Shown: positions 50,501 through 59,519 of the stretch, in pieces
How positions within the stretch are numbered: the stretch's first letter is position 1
How the letters are laid out: each line of letters starts with the position of its first letter
DNA from: a phage
Reading direction: 5' to 3' (one strand)
Assembly (NCBI GenBank): GCA_012646185.1
Contig: GCA_012646185.1_4706.1
Length of the DNA: 64,000 nucleotides
The notes under the pieces: model-generated
Databases searched by the model: none
What the model was told of the DNA's origin: nothing
Seen by the model: only the letters and a program-made list of their open reading frames with translations
Position numbers and translations under genes: made by a program

Positions 50501-51137
50501 GTAATGCAAGTGCTTGTTCAAGGATTTTGCGGTCAACAGCATAAAGCGCCGACAGAGCCTGTGTTACCGCAACCAGATCAACGATCGGCGACCAGAGCTG
50601 TGCGAGCTTACCTTCGTATTTCTGTACAGCGATAGCAAGGTCTTCTTTTACGTCAGGATGATTGATTAAACCACCCAGCGCTTCATGGATTGCAGAAAAA
50701 CGTTCAGAATGTGCTTGAGTTAATGCAACAAAATCGTCAACGTACGATGCATTTTCTTCAAGGCGTGCAAGTTCCTGCTCCAGAAGATCTTTTACTTGCG
50801 TGGCGGATGCGTTTCTCAGCTGTTCCCCGATAATCGCGATGGCTTTATCGACAACACGACAAGCTTCATTGAAGCCTGTCGTTGAAGGTAACTCGGTCCA
50901 TAATGCCAGCGGCTTACCTTCCATTGCGTCAGGAAGGGAATATGACAACATTGCTAGTTGTTGACGTGATACCTGTTTGTCACGATGTAACGTTTCTTTC
51001 AACGCCAGAAGCTCATCAAGACCCACACTGCTAGGGATCGTGGGATGTGATACGGCGTTGATATTTTCTGTCAATGACTCAAGAACCAATAAACCATTTT
51101 CAGCGGAAGATAACCCTGCTTTAAGGTATTTGTTCAT
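47532..51137 (-). CDS. giant protein (1201 aa); shares ELVQEGF-type motif with the 930-aa and family B proteins
   Basis: ATG at 51135-51137 with ACGGAG ribosome-binding site. Confidence 0.85.
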   Translation of the reverse strand: MNKYLKAGLSSAENGLLVLESLTENINAVSHPTIPSSVGLDELLALKETLHRDKQVSRQQLAMLSYSLPDAMEGKPLALWTELPSTTGFNEACRVVDKAIAIIGEQLRNASATQVKDLLEQELARLEENASYVDDFVALTQAHSERFSAIHEALGGLINHPDVKEDLAIAVQKYEGKLAQLWSPIVDLVAVTQALSALYAVDRKILEQALALQPSGNDGADEEYNAITAVPSTDINVLMPYFDQAGNLIPTESVATPKEWDGKTLLNVLGTAVFASRIMRDVVNDYPETAALVKQLIERVDSAQADERLDNIGYLAVIARLQNARIVYQRMLVQCVRTVLTCAEVVAELVMSVSETATAVRSEQLWDKTQEEIEAADGYTRIELVQEGFFGPILKLFDKKGPNPLLDNKASNGWKYLENIQQQIAQTYANKSWVERNIHDKPVVSKRVARALSFDDGKVRMPMIVLKEAISAMRSVQKLVEAPAQARHAKLKQLEEKALRRVKAGENQYQVAKDTLAEAKKIKPLSTIPESSYPKWLGYKYSTFFNMLMLEEPVTDELPKLNVDDVVETGKFLTNDAAKALKEFTTADVFCGTGCDTELWNYDAFGDDDELYDQFYLHSKFNETSATDVYYTYLEAFVNVCSATVEWLARQTSLKALKMEGYGIYTAESAWETLRRTMEYTVNILKRLVDWLVKSWRNGSAKAAIQQAEANNSQLTRAKDALLTEGTKKRLASLHTVGIQTIAKYAEAGTIWSGAFKGVTDNLGNVSALISSEVKELSNGRELDQDKLAKIREGLALAFEKGNFNKVLLGHDGITIDNLASEIHDYREELKDQFKESTNESIDVDKLIRYNDGCRKFLQGPITDARNKVSGHELDNLLTMLNSMIRQQASSPENKGLGALKNEIVNARDLAKAAVDVLGIAQWLEVRAKRYINALSTVVDKANSEAAAVSGSLKQEAFDLNETVLSSTNYDVCSVAATSLAANRFRNSRDELRRHYNQALEAAFQVYNRAVYNRAVIGQHLLGVMPRFTGVFSNYPWTLGLDLQVSNPAALDAFCEKLSRSIELYGAGTADSITQAVALLDSTELCYAVDPNYEGESGNSSALATHMFEYRRLAKEALEPHSDFTTEEQRRVMVTTFMDSSPSWEPDNTLPVVTEDVDPSLIWAFASLFCAALNAYIALKYGTDLKVYGWFSEQQNSNNVR

Positions 51138-51152
51138 AAAACACTCCGTTGA

Positions 51153-51183
51153 CCTAGGTGGAGGCCAATAACCTCCACCTAGG
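51153..51183 (-). terminator. distinct near-perfect hairpin CCTAGGTGGAGG-ccaataa-CCTCCACCTAGG
   Basis: 12-bp stem between the stop of the 930-aa gene and the start of the 1201-aa gene; terminator, attenuator or processing site. Confidence 0.5.
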
Positions 51184-51218
51184 GTTGAACAACGCGTACG
51201 GTTATACGGTACGCACGA

Positions 51219-54011
51219 TTACGCTAATTTACCGAAACCGGCCTTCTGTAGTTTCTCGTTGATCAGTTTTGCTTCAGCGAAAACATAATCACGATACGCA
51301 GTGACTAATCCGTCCACCCGTGAACGCAAGGCTTCTTCGAAGCTATACCACGCAGCGATTTCACGAATCTGTGCGTTGATATAATCAACGGTTGAGCGAA
51401 GCTCGGTTGCGTTTTCTTGCGGAATGGCTTTCACCTGGCGAGCAACGTCATTTAAACGACGGAACTGTGTTTCGATTTCTTTAAACTTACTGTCAGCAAG
51501 TTTGCTGAATTCGTCACCGGAACGGGTAAATAACAGATAGCTGTTGCCGTCAAGTGCGGTCGCTAACTGCTGAAGTACGTTGGTGTCCGGATACACAGGA
51601 GTACCGCTTTGCAATACTTTCTCACCGAATTCCGCGAAGTCCTTCGGCGGTAAGTGTGCAGACGTTGTCAATTCGTTGAAACGGAAAGTCAGCGAACTAT
51701 CATACAACATCCGGTACGCTTCCATACCCTGTTTCATGGTACCGGCCAGGTTAGCCAGACGCGGAGCAATCTCGCCTTCTTTAGCGCGTTTCTGGTCTTC
51801 TAACGCCCCTTCGAGTTCTTTACACTGGTCGTTCAGATACACGATACGATCGGGACGCAGACGACGCATCTCACGAAGAATGGTATCCAGCTTACCTTCC
51901 TGGAAATAACCTAACGTTAAAGACGTACACGCTTGCTGAAGACGATCGAAGACCGGTAAGGTTACCATCTCCTTACGGATACCATCAACAATCGCAGAAA
52001 CAGCCGAAAGTTTCTGTTCTGTAGTCAATGGAACATCAGAGGCCGACTTGCTGGGCGCACCAACAACGTTACGCATTGCGTCGGTATCCTCGGTTTTATC
52101 AACCTCTTTACGAACATGCTCATCAGGAACATAAACGTTAGCATTACGTTTCGCCTGCTTGATAGCATCGCTGGCCGCTTTTTCGGTGGCCGCTACGCTA
52201 TCGGCACGTTTCTTCAAGAGTTCAATAATCCAGAGCACCAGACGACGAATCGCAGTGTAGGCTGTCGTGATGATGACGCCGATAACAGCCATCTTCATGA
52301 TACCGAACGATTCCATGGTCGGCTCTAACGCTTGGTCTGGCATATACCGTTCACGCAGTTCCAGATAGATCTGCTCATCTGGTTTGCTGACCTCACCACG
52401 ATGCGAAGTACGATAGATGGCTTCGTCAATCTCAACAAGATCTTTGCGGGCCTGGCGATCGGATTCTGTTAAGTAAGCACAACCGGATACATCATCTTCG
52501 AAGCTTAAGAATTTGAAAAAGTCACTGACGTCGATCTTGATCTTCTTCGCTTCATTGTCAACGTTAATGAAATCCGTTTTACGAGACTGCTGTTGAATCT
52601 TAATATCCTTTATCGGTTTAAGCGCTTTGTCTTTTAATGCCTGCATGATCTGTTTCCAGCTGGCATCGCGTTCAAGAACAAGGAAATAGTTCTTGAGTTC
52701 GAATGCGCGATAGCGGACAACAAGTTGTTCTACCTGGACATGAGCGAGTTGTACGTCCATCAGCCAACGCGACAGCGCAGAAACCAAACGGCTATACGCA
52801 AGCAGCGTCTGGTACGTCAGCTTCATGTGTTTCTCGTAGAGCTCAATGTCTCCGCCCTGGATGTCGGCTGTCGGGTTCATTTCCTTCGTTGCTTTGAAGA
52901 CTTGTTCGGCTTCATTCAGCATTTGCTCAAACTTGACTTCATTGAACGCGTTGAATGGTTCGGCCAGTTCGTTCATCCGATCGTGTAGTTCGCGAACCCA
53001 AGCTTCTTTGTGATTACGAATGACCGCATCAGCGTGGAGTTCGGTTTGATGTTTCTGTACCCATTCTTCAATGATATCCGCAGCTGCAACAACACCTGTG
53101 TTGTCAGAAATCAATGGGATGACGTTAGAGAGCGTACCCGCACATGCTGGCGTTTTCCAATGATCATTAAGTGTGTTGCGGAACGTAATGATGTCCGTCA
53201 TTGACGTAGTGATATCGAGGAACGTGTTACCGTTACGACTCATGCTTGTGATGTTTGTGGCAAACGTCTTTTGTTGTTCTACAACGAATGGAATCAACGC
53301 CATCAACCAATCAGCAATACACTGTGCTTTTTCTTTCAGGTTTTTGTCGGCGATTTCTTTGAGATTAATTGCGCCGCCGTACCCCGCAAGTTCGTTATAC
53401 ACATCGTTCAAGGTCATCTGCGCATCAAGCATTTCTTTGAAACGCGGATAATCTTCCCCTAACGCATCGATGATATCCTGGATAACGTCGTCGGTTGTAG
53501 CGATAAATTTCTTCGTGTCGACTTTAGATTTCCAGATTATTTTCACCGCTTCTTTCATAACGGTGAACATGATCTGCCAAATACGCTTAATAAGTTCCCA
53601 GACTTTCTTCGCACCATCGACAAACAGTTTAGAGATCTTGGCAACGAATCCTTCCTGCACTAACTCAACGCCGTTACGTGATGGGATTTCCGTGAAGAAA
53701 GCATCCGGCAGTTGTTTCGGGAATGCGTCACCAAGACGCATACGCAGTTCCGGTACATCAGCACGAGAAATACCGCGTGTTACTAATTGTTCGTGAAGAC
53801 GAACGTTTTCTTCACCAGCAGCCACGAATTCATTAACGTCGAAGGAGACCATTGCTTCCTGATCTTCGGTGGTAACAACGCTTGAACCGTCGCTGGTTTG
53901 GATGTCTTCGTCAGGGAACGCCATGAGCATACCGTGACGCATTTCAACCACTCCGTAATCGGTTGCTAAACCGAATTCGTTGTGGTCGGGAGTAATAACT
54001 GGGATACTCAT
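51219..54011 (-). CDS. large protein (930 aa)
   Basis: ATG at 54009-54011 overlapping the upstream TGA; contains VELVQEGFVAKISKLF. Confidence 0.85.
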   Translation of the reverse strand: MSIPVITPDHNEFGLATDYGVVEMRHGMLMAFPDEDIQTSDGSSVVTTEDQEAMVSFDVNEFVAAGEENVRLHEQLVTRGISRADVPELRMRLGDAFPKQLPDAFFTEIPSRNGVELVQEGFVAKISKLFVDGAKKVWELIKRIWQIMFTVMKEAVKIIWKSKVDTKKFIATTDDVIQDIIDALGEDYPRFKEMLDAQMTLNDVYNELAGYGGAINLKEIADKNLKEKAQCIADWLMALIPFVVEQQKTFATNITSMSRNGNTFLDITTSMTDIITFRNTLNDHWKTPACAGTLSNVIPLISDNTGVVAAADIIEEWVQKHQTELHADAVIRNHKEAWVRELHDRMNELAEPFNAFNEVKFEQMLNEAEQVFKATKEMNPTADIQGGDIELYEKHMKLTYQTLLAYSRLVSALSRWLMDVQLAHVQVEQLVVRYRAFELKNYFLVLERDASWKQIMQALKDKALKPIKDIKIQQQSRKTDFINVDNEAKKIKIDVSDFFKFLSFEDDVSGCAYLTESDRQARKDLVEIDEAIYRTSHRGEVSKPDEQIYLELRERYMPDQALEPTMESFGIMKMAVIGVIITTAYTAIRRLVLWIIELLKKRADSVAATEKAASDAIKQAKRNANVYVPDEHVRKEVDKTEDTDAMRNVVGAPSKSASDVPLTTEQKLSAVSAIVDGIRKEMVTLPVFDRLQQACTSLTLGYFQEGKLDTILREMRRLRPDRIVYLNDQCKELEGALEDQKRAKEGEIAPRLANLAGTMKQGMEAYRMLYDSSLTFRFNELTTSAHLPPKDFAEFGEKVLQSGTPVYPDTNVLQQLATALDGNSYLLFTRSGDEFSKLADSKFKEIETQFRRLNDVARQVKAIPQENATELRSTVDYINAQIREIAAWYSFEEALRSRVDGLVTAYRDYVFAEAKLINEKLQKAGFGKLA

Positions 54012-54448
54012 GCATTCTCTCCTTGCAGTGCGTTAGCGAAAGCCGTTGCAAGTTGTGCAACCAGTTTCGGATCAACGCCTTCGATAACGTCAGGCAGCCC
54101 TGCGGTTTCTTGGTCACGAACAGCGGAGGCTAATAACAGCATGGTTTCAGGTGCGGTTGGCTCATGCACCATGCGGTAACGCAGGCACCAGAAGTAGCGA
54201 GCAACGTCTAACGCATCAGCCAGCCCAATAACCAGCACCTTGTTCAGCTTATCCAACCCTTCACGGATTTTAGGGAGATGTTCACGAACGAAAATGCTAT
54301 CTGCGGTCAGATCTTCTTTTTCAGCGAATACGGGCATGCTGTAACCAGCGATATAACCTGCGGCAATACTTAGCGCACGGGTCTGTTGTTCGGCTGGGAA
54401 ATCACGTACCAGGTCTTTCAGCTGAACGGCGAAATCAGAAATATTCAT
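54008..54448 (-). CDS. hypothetical protein (146 aa)
   Basis: ATG at 54446-54448. Confidence 0.8.
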   Translation of the reverse strand: MNISDFAVQLKDLVRDFPAEQQTRALSIAAGYIAGYSMPVFAEKEDLTADSIFVREHLPKIREGLDKLNKVLVIGLADALDVARYFWCLRYRMVHEPTAPETMLLLASAVRDQETAGLPDVIEGVDPKLVAQLATAFANALQGENA

Positions 54449-54481
54449 GTTAAATTCCTTTATAGTAGAAGGTGAATTAGG

Positions 54482-55792
54482 TTACGCGACGACAGAGTCG
54501 AGTTTCGCTGACACTTTGAACAGATCGTTGTTCATTGTGGAAGAAAGGACTTGTTGAATTTCTTCCTGTTTAACGGCTTTACGAACCCCAGGACGAAGGA
54601 TAAGCGTAACCATCTGTGAAAAGGTACGATTATTGTTCATCGCACTCAGCGTTTCATCGATTGTTTTGATGGTATCCAGCGTCATGGAACGAACATCGCT
54701 TGGGATATCACGATCTTTCAAGCGTATAATTAAATCTTGTTTGATTTTACGGAATCGTTCCATGTCGTTATCGTAAATGCTGTATGTTGGATCTAACCAA
54801 ACAGAAAGCGCGGTTACGGCCACAACAACCAACACACCGATAGCGCCAACAGAAGCTAAACCTATCGCCATCATAGAGGCTATAGTAGCATCCATGATGA
54901 AGGAGAGCCAGAACATCGTTTTGGACTTCATGGAGTTGGTGCCATAAAGCCGATACATTTTAGCAAGCCCGCTAACGAGATACTCCCCACTACCGTGACG
55001 CGTAGCGAACTGATCAGCCATGAATTCGGAAGCAACGTCAGTGTATCGACCAGCATTGTTTACATTTCGTAACTGCATTGCTCTGTTAGACACGTAAACC
55101 GTGTACCAGACACTACCATCGTCTGAATCACTGATTTTGTCTACGTCAACGTTGGTATCCAACGTTTTGTTTAACGCTTTCGCCAGTTCGATACGTTTTA
55201 CCTTATCGGTTGTTCCCAACAGTTCACGCTGTACGGTCATGATCGAGGCTTCGACACGAACCGTTTCTGATAATGTTTCAAGGAAAGTAAATGCGTGCCC
55301 GATTTCATGCAGCATTATGGCTGCTTTTTCTTCCGGAAGAAAGGGTTCTGTCGCTGTTAGCAGTTCATACGTGATGGCAGAACGAATCTTCAACTCCTCA
55401 AAGATACCGTAAACACGACCTTTTTCTAAATCGACGTAACCGACAGGTGCATCTTTAATCTTCTTAAGGAGTGCGACACCATCAGCACCACGCATCCATA
55501 ACCGATGATAGTCCGCCAGGATCGTGTTGTTTGTCGAAATATCCGGTGGGTACACGTAGGCGTTCATCTGGCCCATTTTCATGTCGACCGAGAATTCGAT
55601 GTTCAACCCCGTATAGCGTTTAACCATCTCGGTTAAACGACCGTCCTTGAAAACGTTTAAAACCTCTTTTTTATCCAGTCCCTGTTTGCTTCTGAAGAAC
55701 TCGGTCATTTCCTTGAACAAGGAACCATCTTGAAACTTGATGGCTTCCATCGTTAATTCGTCATGACCATACACGCGTTGTAGTAATGACAT
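54482..55792 (-). CDS. putative zinc metallopeptidase (HExxH) with hydrophobic membrane segment (436 aa)
   Basis: MLHEIGHAF motif with Glu residues downstream; ~40-aa hydrophobic stretch FWLSFIMDATIASMMAIGLASVGAIGVLVVVAVTALSVWL. Confidence 0.8.
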   Translation of the reverse strand: MSLLQRVYGHDELTMEAIKFQDGSLFKEMTEFFRSKQGLDKKEVLNVFKDGRLTEMVKRYTGLNIEFSVDMKMGQMNAYVYPPDISTNNTILADYHRLWMRGADGVALLKKIKDAPVGYVDLEKGRVYGIFEELKIRSAITYELLTATEPFLPEEKAAIMLHEIGHAFTFLETLSETVRVEASIMTVQRELLGTTDKVKRIELAKALNKTLDTNVDVDKISDSDDGSVWYTVYVSNRAMQLRNVNNAGRYTDVASEFMADQFATRHGSGEYLVSGLAKMYRLYGTNSMKSKTMFWLSFIMDATIASMMAIGLASVGAIGVLVVVAVTALSVWLDPTYSIYDNDMERFRKIKQDLIIRLKDRDIPSDVRSMTLDTIKTIDETLSAMNNNRTFSQMVTLILRPGVRKAVKQEEIQQVLSSTMNNDLFKVSAKLDSVVA

Positions 55793-55803
55793 TGTACACT
55801 CTC

Positions 55804-55821
55804 TAAATTTACGTAAATTTA
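55804..55821. promoter_or_regulatory. perfect 18-bp palindrome TAAATTTACGTAAATTTA in divergent intergenic region
   Basis: 12 nt upstream of the metallopeptidase start codon, inside the 220-nt gap before the polymerase gene; operator or leader hairpin. Confidence 0.35.
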
Positions 55822-56013
55822 AGGGCTAATGGATCGGCTGGCCGCACCAATCACAATGTGTCCGCTGCTATGCAACGGCATTCATAGAAATACCTTTTGA
55901 CGGTAACATCACCCATCACACCCCAAGCAATAAGAGTGGTCGGTTAAAAACAACAGAACGTGGGGATGATATAGAAAATCACCTTTTAACACTTATTACG
56001 AGTTTATCAAGCC

Positions 56014-57513
56014 ATGAGCGAACAAGAACGAAAACCTAAGAAGAAACTGCTCGGTATTCAATGTCGACACATCAGCTATAACGAAGCGAACGACGGCAGC
56101 AAGAACGACCTCATGATCGCAAAAGAGATCATGTTCTTTGATGACAATACGCAAGCGACGAACCTTCGCTTCTTTGAGAATTACAAACGTCCGTTTTGGG
56201 TGACGGTAGAGAGTAAACGTAAGAACAAATATAAAAAGGAAAGCGAGAAGCTCTCGCATGTGCGTCGCTATGATGTCCGCCAAAGTGAACTGGTTGAAAA
56301 GATCAGTTCGGTGCTTTATAAAAGACGTGCTGACGATAACACCCGTTTACAGCAGCTTGCACGGAGTCCATACCTCTACGGCACGGACGTTAGCGCCAGC
56401 TGTTATTTAAAAACCCAGTACAACACAAAATGGCCGGAATACGTCGATAAATTACCCGCTTCCATTGCCTGTTTCGATATCGAAACCGACGTTGTCCATG
56501 GACATGGTAAGATCGTTTGTATGTCTATTACAATGGGATACAATGCGATACTTTGCTATACCAAGGACTTCGTTGGTCATATTCCGAATGCGATTGAGAA
56601 AACCCATGAGAAGATTCGATATTACCTGGCCGAACGTCTGAATACCAAAGAAGATCCTCATGCGTTCGAAAAATATCAGTACGATGTGCGAATCGTAGAA
56701 AGTCCGGCACAAGCAGTCATCCAATGCATGCAGAAGGTTCACGAATGGCAGCCGGATTATCTCCTTGGCTGGAATATCGCGTTCGATATTCCGCGCATGC
56801 TCCAGGCACTGAACGAGGAAGGGTATCGTCCCGAGGATGTTTTCTCCGATCCTCGTGTACCCCCTAAGTATCGTATTGCTCGCTGGGTACCACCGAAGAC
56901 CGACAAGGTATCTGCTTCAGGCCGTAAAACCAACCTTACCCTCGAGCAGACCTGGCCGATGTTTTATACGATGGCTACGTATCAGGTTATGGATGCGATG
57001 TGTGGTTATAAGTTCGTTCGTTTAGGAAGACCGGATGAGGGACGCTATTCACTCGATGCGGTGTTAGAGCGTAATAAATGCCATACGAAATTAAAAGCGA
57101 TTCCTGGTACAGAAGGGTTCACGGAGCTCGCCTGGCACGAAGAGATGCAAACGAACCATCAAATCGACTACGGCGTATATAACCTTTGGGATAACCAAGG
57201 TATTGAGGCGTTGGACCAGAAAACAAAAGACTATTCGATGACCATCCCGATTCGTTTAGCGGCGTCGGATTTGAAAGATTTCAGTTCCAACCCTAAACGT
57301 ATCTGCGATAAACTTTTCTTCGTGTATCTTAACCGTGGGGAAGTCATGGGATGCACCGCCGACGACATGACCCAGGAAGAAGATAAGTGGGTTATCTCAC
57401 GAACCGGACATATCGTCACATTACCATGCGATCTCATGGCGGACAACGGCATTCATCTCTTCTGGGATATGCCTAATTTAAGGAGCTATATTCGATTATT
57501 TGTTGCGGATTAA
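56014..57513 (+). CDS. family-B DNA polymerase, N-terminal/3'-5' exonuclease part (5' exon plus read-through to in-intron stop)
   Basis: Exo I FDIETD, Exo II GWNIAFDIP, Exo III YNLWD in T4-like order and spacing; no polymerase motifs A/B/C; ORF ends at the start of the intron region. Confidence 0.75.
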   Translation: MSEQERKPKKKLLGIQCRHISYNEANDGSKNDLMIAKEIMFFDDNTQATNLRFFENYKRPFWVTVESKRKNKYKKESEKLSHVRRYDVRQSELVEKISSVLYKRRADDNTRLQQLARSPYLYGTDVSASCYLKTQYNTKWPEYVDKLPASIACFDIETDVVHGHGKIVCMSITMGYNAILCYTKDFVGHIPNAIEKTHEKIRYYLAERLNTKEDPHAFEKYQYDVRIVESPAQAVIQCMQKVHEWQPDYLLGWNIAFDIPRMLQALNEEGYRPEDVFSDPRVPPKYRIARWVPPKTDKVSASGRKTNLTLEQTWPMFYTMATYQVMDAMCGYKFVRLGRPDEGRYSLDAVLERNKCHTKLKAIPGTEGFTELAWHEEMQTNHQIDYGVYNLWDNQGIEALDQKTKDYSMTIPIRLAASDLKDFSSNPKRICDKLFFVYLNRGEVMGCTADDMTQEEDKWVISRTGHIVTLPCDLMADNGIHLFWDMPNLRSYIRLFVAD

Positions 57514-57606
57514 CCTTCGTTCTGTAAAAACTTACCGATATATAGAAATTACTGTGAGATACCAAAGGTACTCGTAAGTTTAGTAATTTCTGAGCGGTAG
57601 GTAAAT

Positions 57607-58743
57607 ATGTTGGAACATCTTGAACATTTAGACAATGAATACTTAAATTTCACCAATCGTCGTTATCGTATCTTCGAAGACGGTACACTTTACGATTACA
57701 AAGAGAATTGTAAAGTACCTGTTATAATAGAAGATAACAACTCTTACGTTATTATCGATTGGTATCGTGGGGTTGGTAAATACGAATTGGGGATGATCAT
57801 GCTTACAGCATTTGATCGCATCCACATTCCTAACTATCTTTACGATGAAATTGAATCGTTGTTTATTGATAACGACCCGACGAACTTTTCGTATAGTAAC
57901 CACATCTATCGTTTCCGTAATGGACCGCTGGCTGTGGAAGGGTATCCGGGATATTACTACATCCCGTTTGCCACGTACTATGCGCTAAATGAACAAGGTG
58001 AATGTTTAAGTCTTTTGTCTGGGGAAGGTATAACGTGGACAATGACGCAGCAAAACGGTACGCGGCGTCCCGGCTATCGATACAGAAAGGTAACACCTGA
58101 TAGCGGTTTTACGGCTCAGCTGTATCGTCATCGAGCGATGATGTTGACGTTTCGTCGTTACGACGCAAGCGTTGTGGAAATGACCGTTAATCACAAGAAC
58201 GGTATTAAAGGCGATGATTGGCTGGATAACCTGGAATGGGCAACCTACAAGGAAAACAACAATCATGCGCGTATAAACGGTTTATGTGACGGCAAAGCGA
58301 AACCTATCAAGATCTTTGATTATAATCGTCATACCGAACGTCATTTCAAGAGCATCGCTGAGGCGGAACGTGCGTATCCACACGTAGCAAAAGGACGTTT
58401 CAAATGGTGGGTTGAAAATCCACCGAAACGTATACCTGAATGTAACCTCTACATCAAACATGCGTTCGATAATACTCCGTGGCCTGAATGGAAACTGGGT
58501 GATGAACGACGTATTGAAGATGTAGCGGGTATTCCGATTATCGCCCTTAACATGGTTACAGGCGAGAAACGAGTGTATTCATCGGTTACAGCTGCGGGTA
58601 AGGATACGAAAACAAGTTGGATAACAGTACGACGTCACTGTGATAAGCGTGTCGTTCCTGTTAAACAAGCATGGTGTTTCCGTTATGCTGACGACGTCAA
58701 AAACATGCCTGAGTTAACTTCCCTACCAACAATCGAACAGTAA
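57607..58743 (+). CDS. HNH homing endonuclease (378 aa)
   Basis: ATG start; motif VNHKNGIKGDDWLDNLEWATYKENNNHA (His-Asn-His); located inside the intron. Confidence 0.8.
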   Translation: MLEHLEHLDNEYLNFTNRRYRIFEDGTLYDYKENCKVPVIIEDNNSYVIIDWYRGVGKYELGMIMLTAFDRIHIPNYLYDEIESLFIDNDPTNFSYSNHIYRFRNGPLAVEGYPGYYYIPFATYYALNEQGECLSLLSGEGITWTMTQQNGTRRPGYRYRKVTPDSGFTAQLYRHRAMMLTFRRYDASVVEMTVNHKNGIKGDDWLDNLEWATYKENNNHARINGLCDGKAKPIKIFDYNRHTERHFKSIAEAERAYPHVAKGRFKWWVENPPKRIPECNLYIKHAFDNTPWPEWKLGDERRIEDVAGIPIIALNMVTGEKRVYSSVTAAGKDTKTSWITVRRHCDKRVVPVKQAWCFRYADDVKNMPELTSLPTIEQ

Positions 58744-59254
58744 CGATAACAGGTCCCCCTACTTGTAATGAGTGGGTGAACTCTCTTTAATTGCTGGAAA
58801 CCTTTAATGCCCCTCCACACCACAACGCAATCCGAAAGGGTAAACGTGATGGTTGTCGAAAGACAGAAAAAAGTTGGAGGGGATTACCTAAGCTGAAATA
58901 AAAGCCGTTACTTTCTGGATATGGAAAGAGTCTAACGGTGCTAAGGGTCCTGCTAGAAATAAGGTAACCGTAGCAGCGAAGACCCTACGGACTGTCGTGA
59001 CCGACTCGATGAGTTGGCGTGGTTAACACGGACAGGCTACGGGTAACGTTCAACGACCATCCGGTTGCGCGGAGTAGGAGAATTAGGATGTTCTCCGAAA
59101 AGGGAGAAGTCGGTCGAGGTGTTGTAGAAACACCGTTGCTTTGCTTCGCAAACATAAGACAGGCTAAGATATGGTCTATATTAAATGTAATACTATGATG
59201 TATAGAATTTAATGGCTCGATATTAGCAGTTCATATCCAAATGGGCAGATCCTG
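58744..59254 (+). ncRNA. group I intron catalytic core (3' portion)
   Basis: Region aligns by eye to T4 td intron: CTTGTAAT...GGGTGAACTCTCT...AATTGCTGG then R and S elements; no protein-coding capacity. Confidence 0.55.
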
Positions 59255-59470
59255 TTGAATCTATCCAGAGCATGTGTTTTTCGTGAGCTCTCACGCATTG
59301 AGGGCGTCTCTGACTACCAATTCAGGAAGCTAGGTATCAACTTTATTACCGGAGGTAAAACGAACGCTGTAGACTTCTGTAGAATCGTTTATAAAGCACC
59401 ATCGATGTTTGAGCTCTTAGAACATTTCGATGCGACGCGTCCAAAAGAGGAAGCGCGGACCATCGAATGA
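59255..59470 (+). CDS. possible 3' exon of the polymerase-exonuclease gene (frame open from 59213), or small independent ORF
   Basis: ORF follows directly after the intron core; track start is TTG; terminator hairpin downstream. Confidence 0.3.
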   Translation: MNLSRACVFRELSRIEGVSDYQFRKLGINFITGGKTNAVDFCRIVYKAPSMFELLEHFDATRPKEEARTIE

Positions 59471-59519
59471 TTCAAGTAGGTTGATCCTCGTTTAACAAAA
59501 AAGAAAACACATGCGAAGC

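Larger units (their letters stand above)
57480..59260 (+). mobile_element. group I intron (td-like) with HNH homing endonuclease ORF; splice sites not determined
   Basis: HNH ORF plus ~510 nt of non-coding sequence carrying P (AATTGCTGGAAA 58789-58800), R (GTTCAACGACCATCC 59048-59062) and S (AAGATATGGTCT 59166-59177) elements, with R/S complementary GACCAT/ATGGTC. Confidence 0.6.

Noticed and set aside
57547-57594. 10-bp inverted repeat AGAAATTACT...AGTAATTTCT just before the HNH gene, considered as a separate terminator
   Set aside because: More likely part of the intron 5' structure (P1/P2 region) or an element controlling endonuclease translation; no U-tract.
59255-59470. 71-aa ORF treated as an independent gene
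   Set aside because: Not fully rejected; it has only a TTG start and no ribosome-binding site, and lies directly after the intron core, so a 3' exon is the better explanation.
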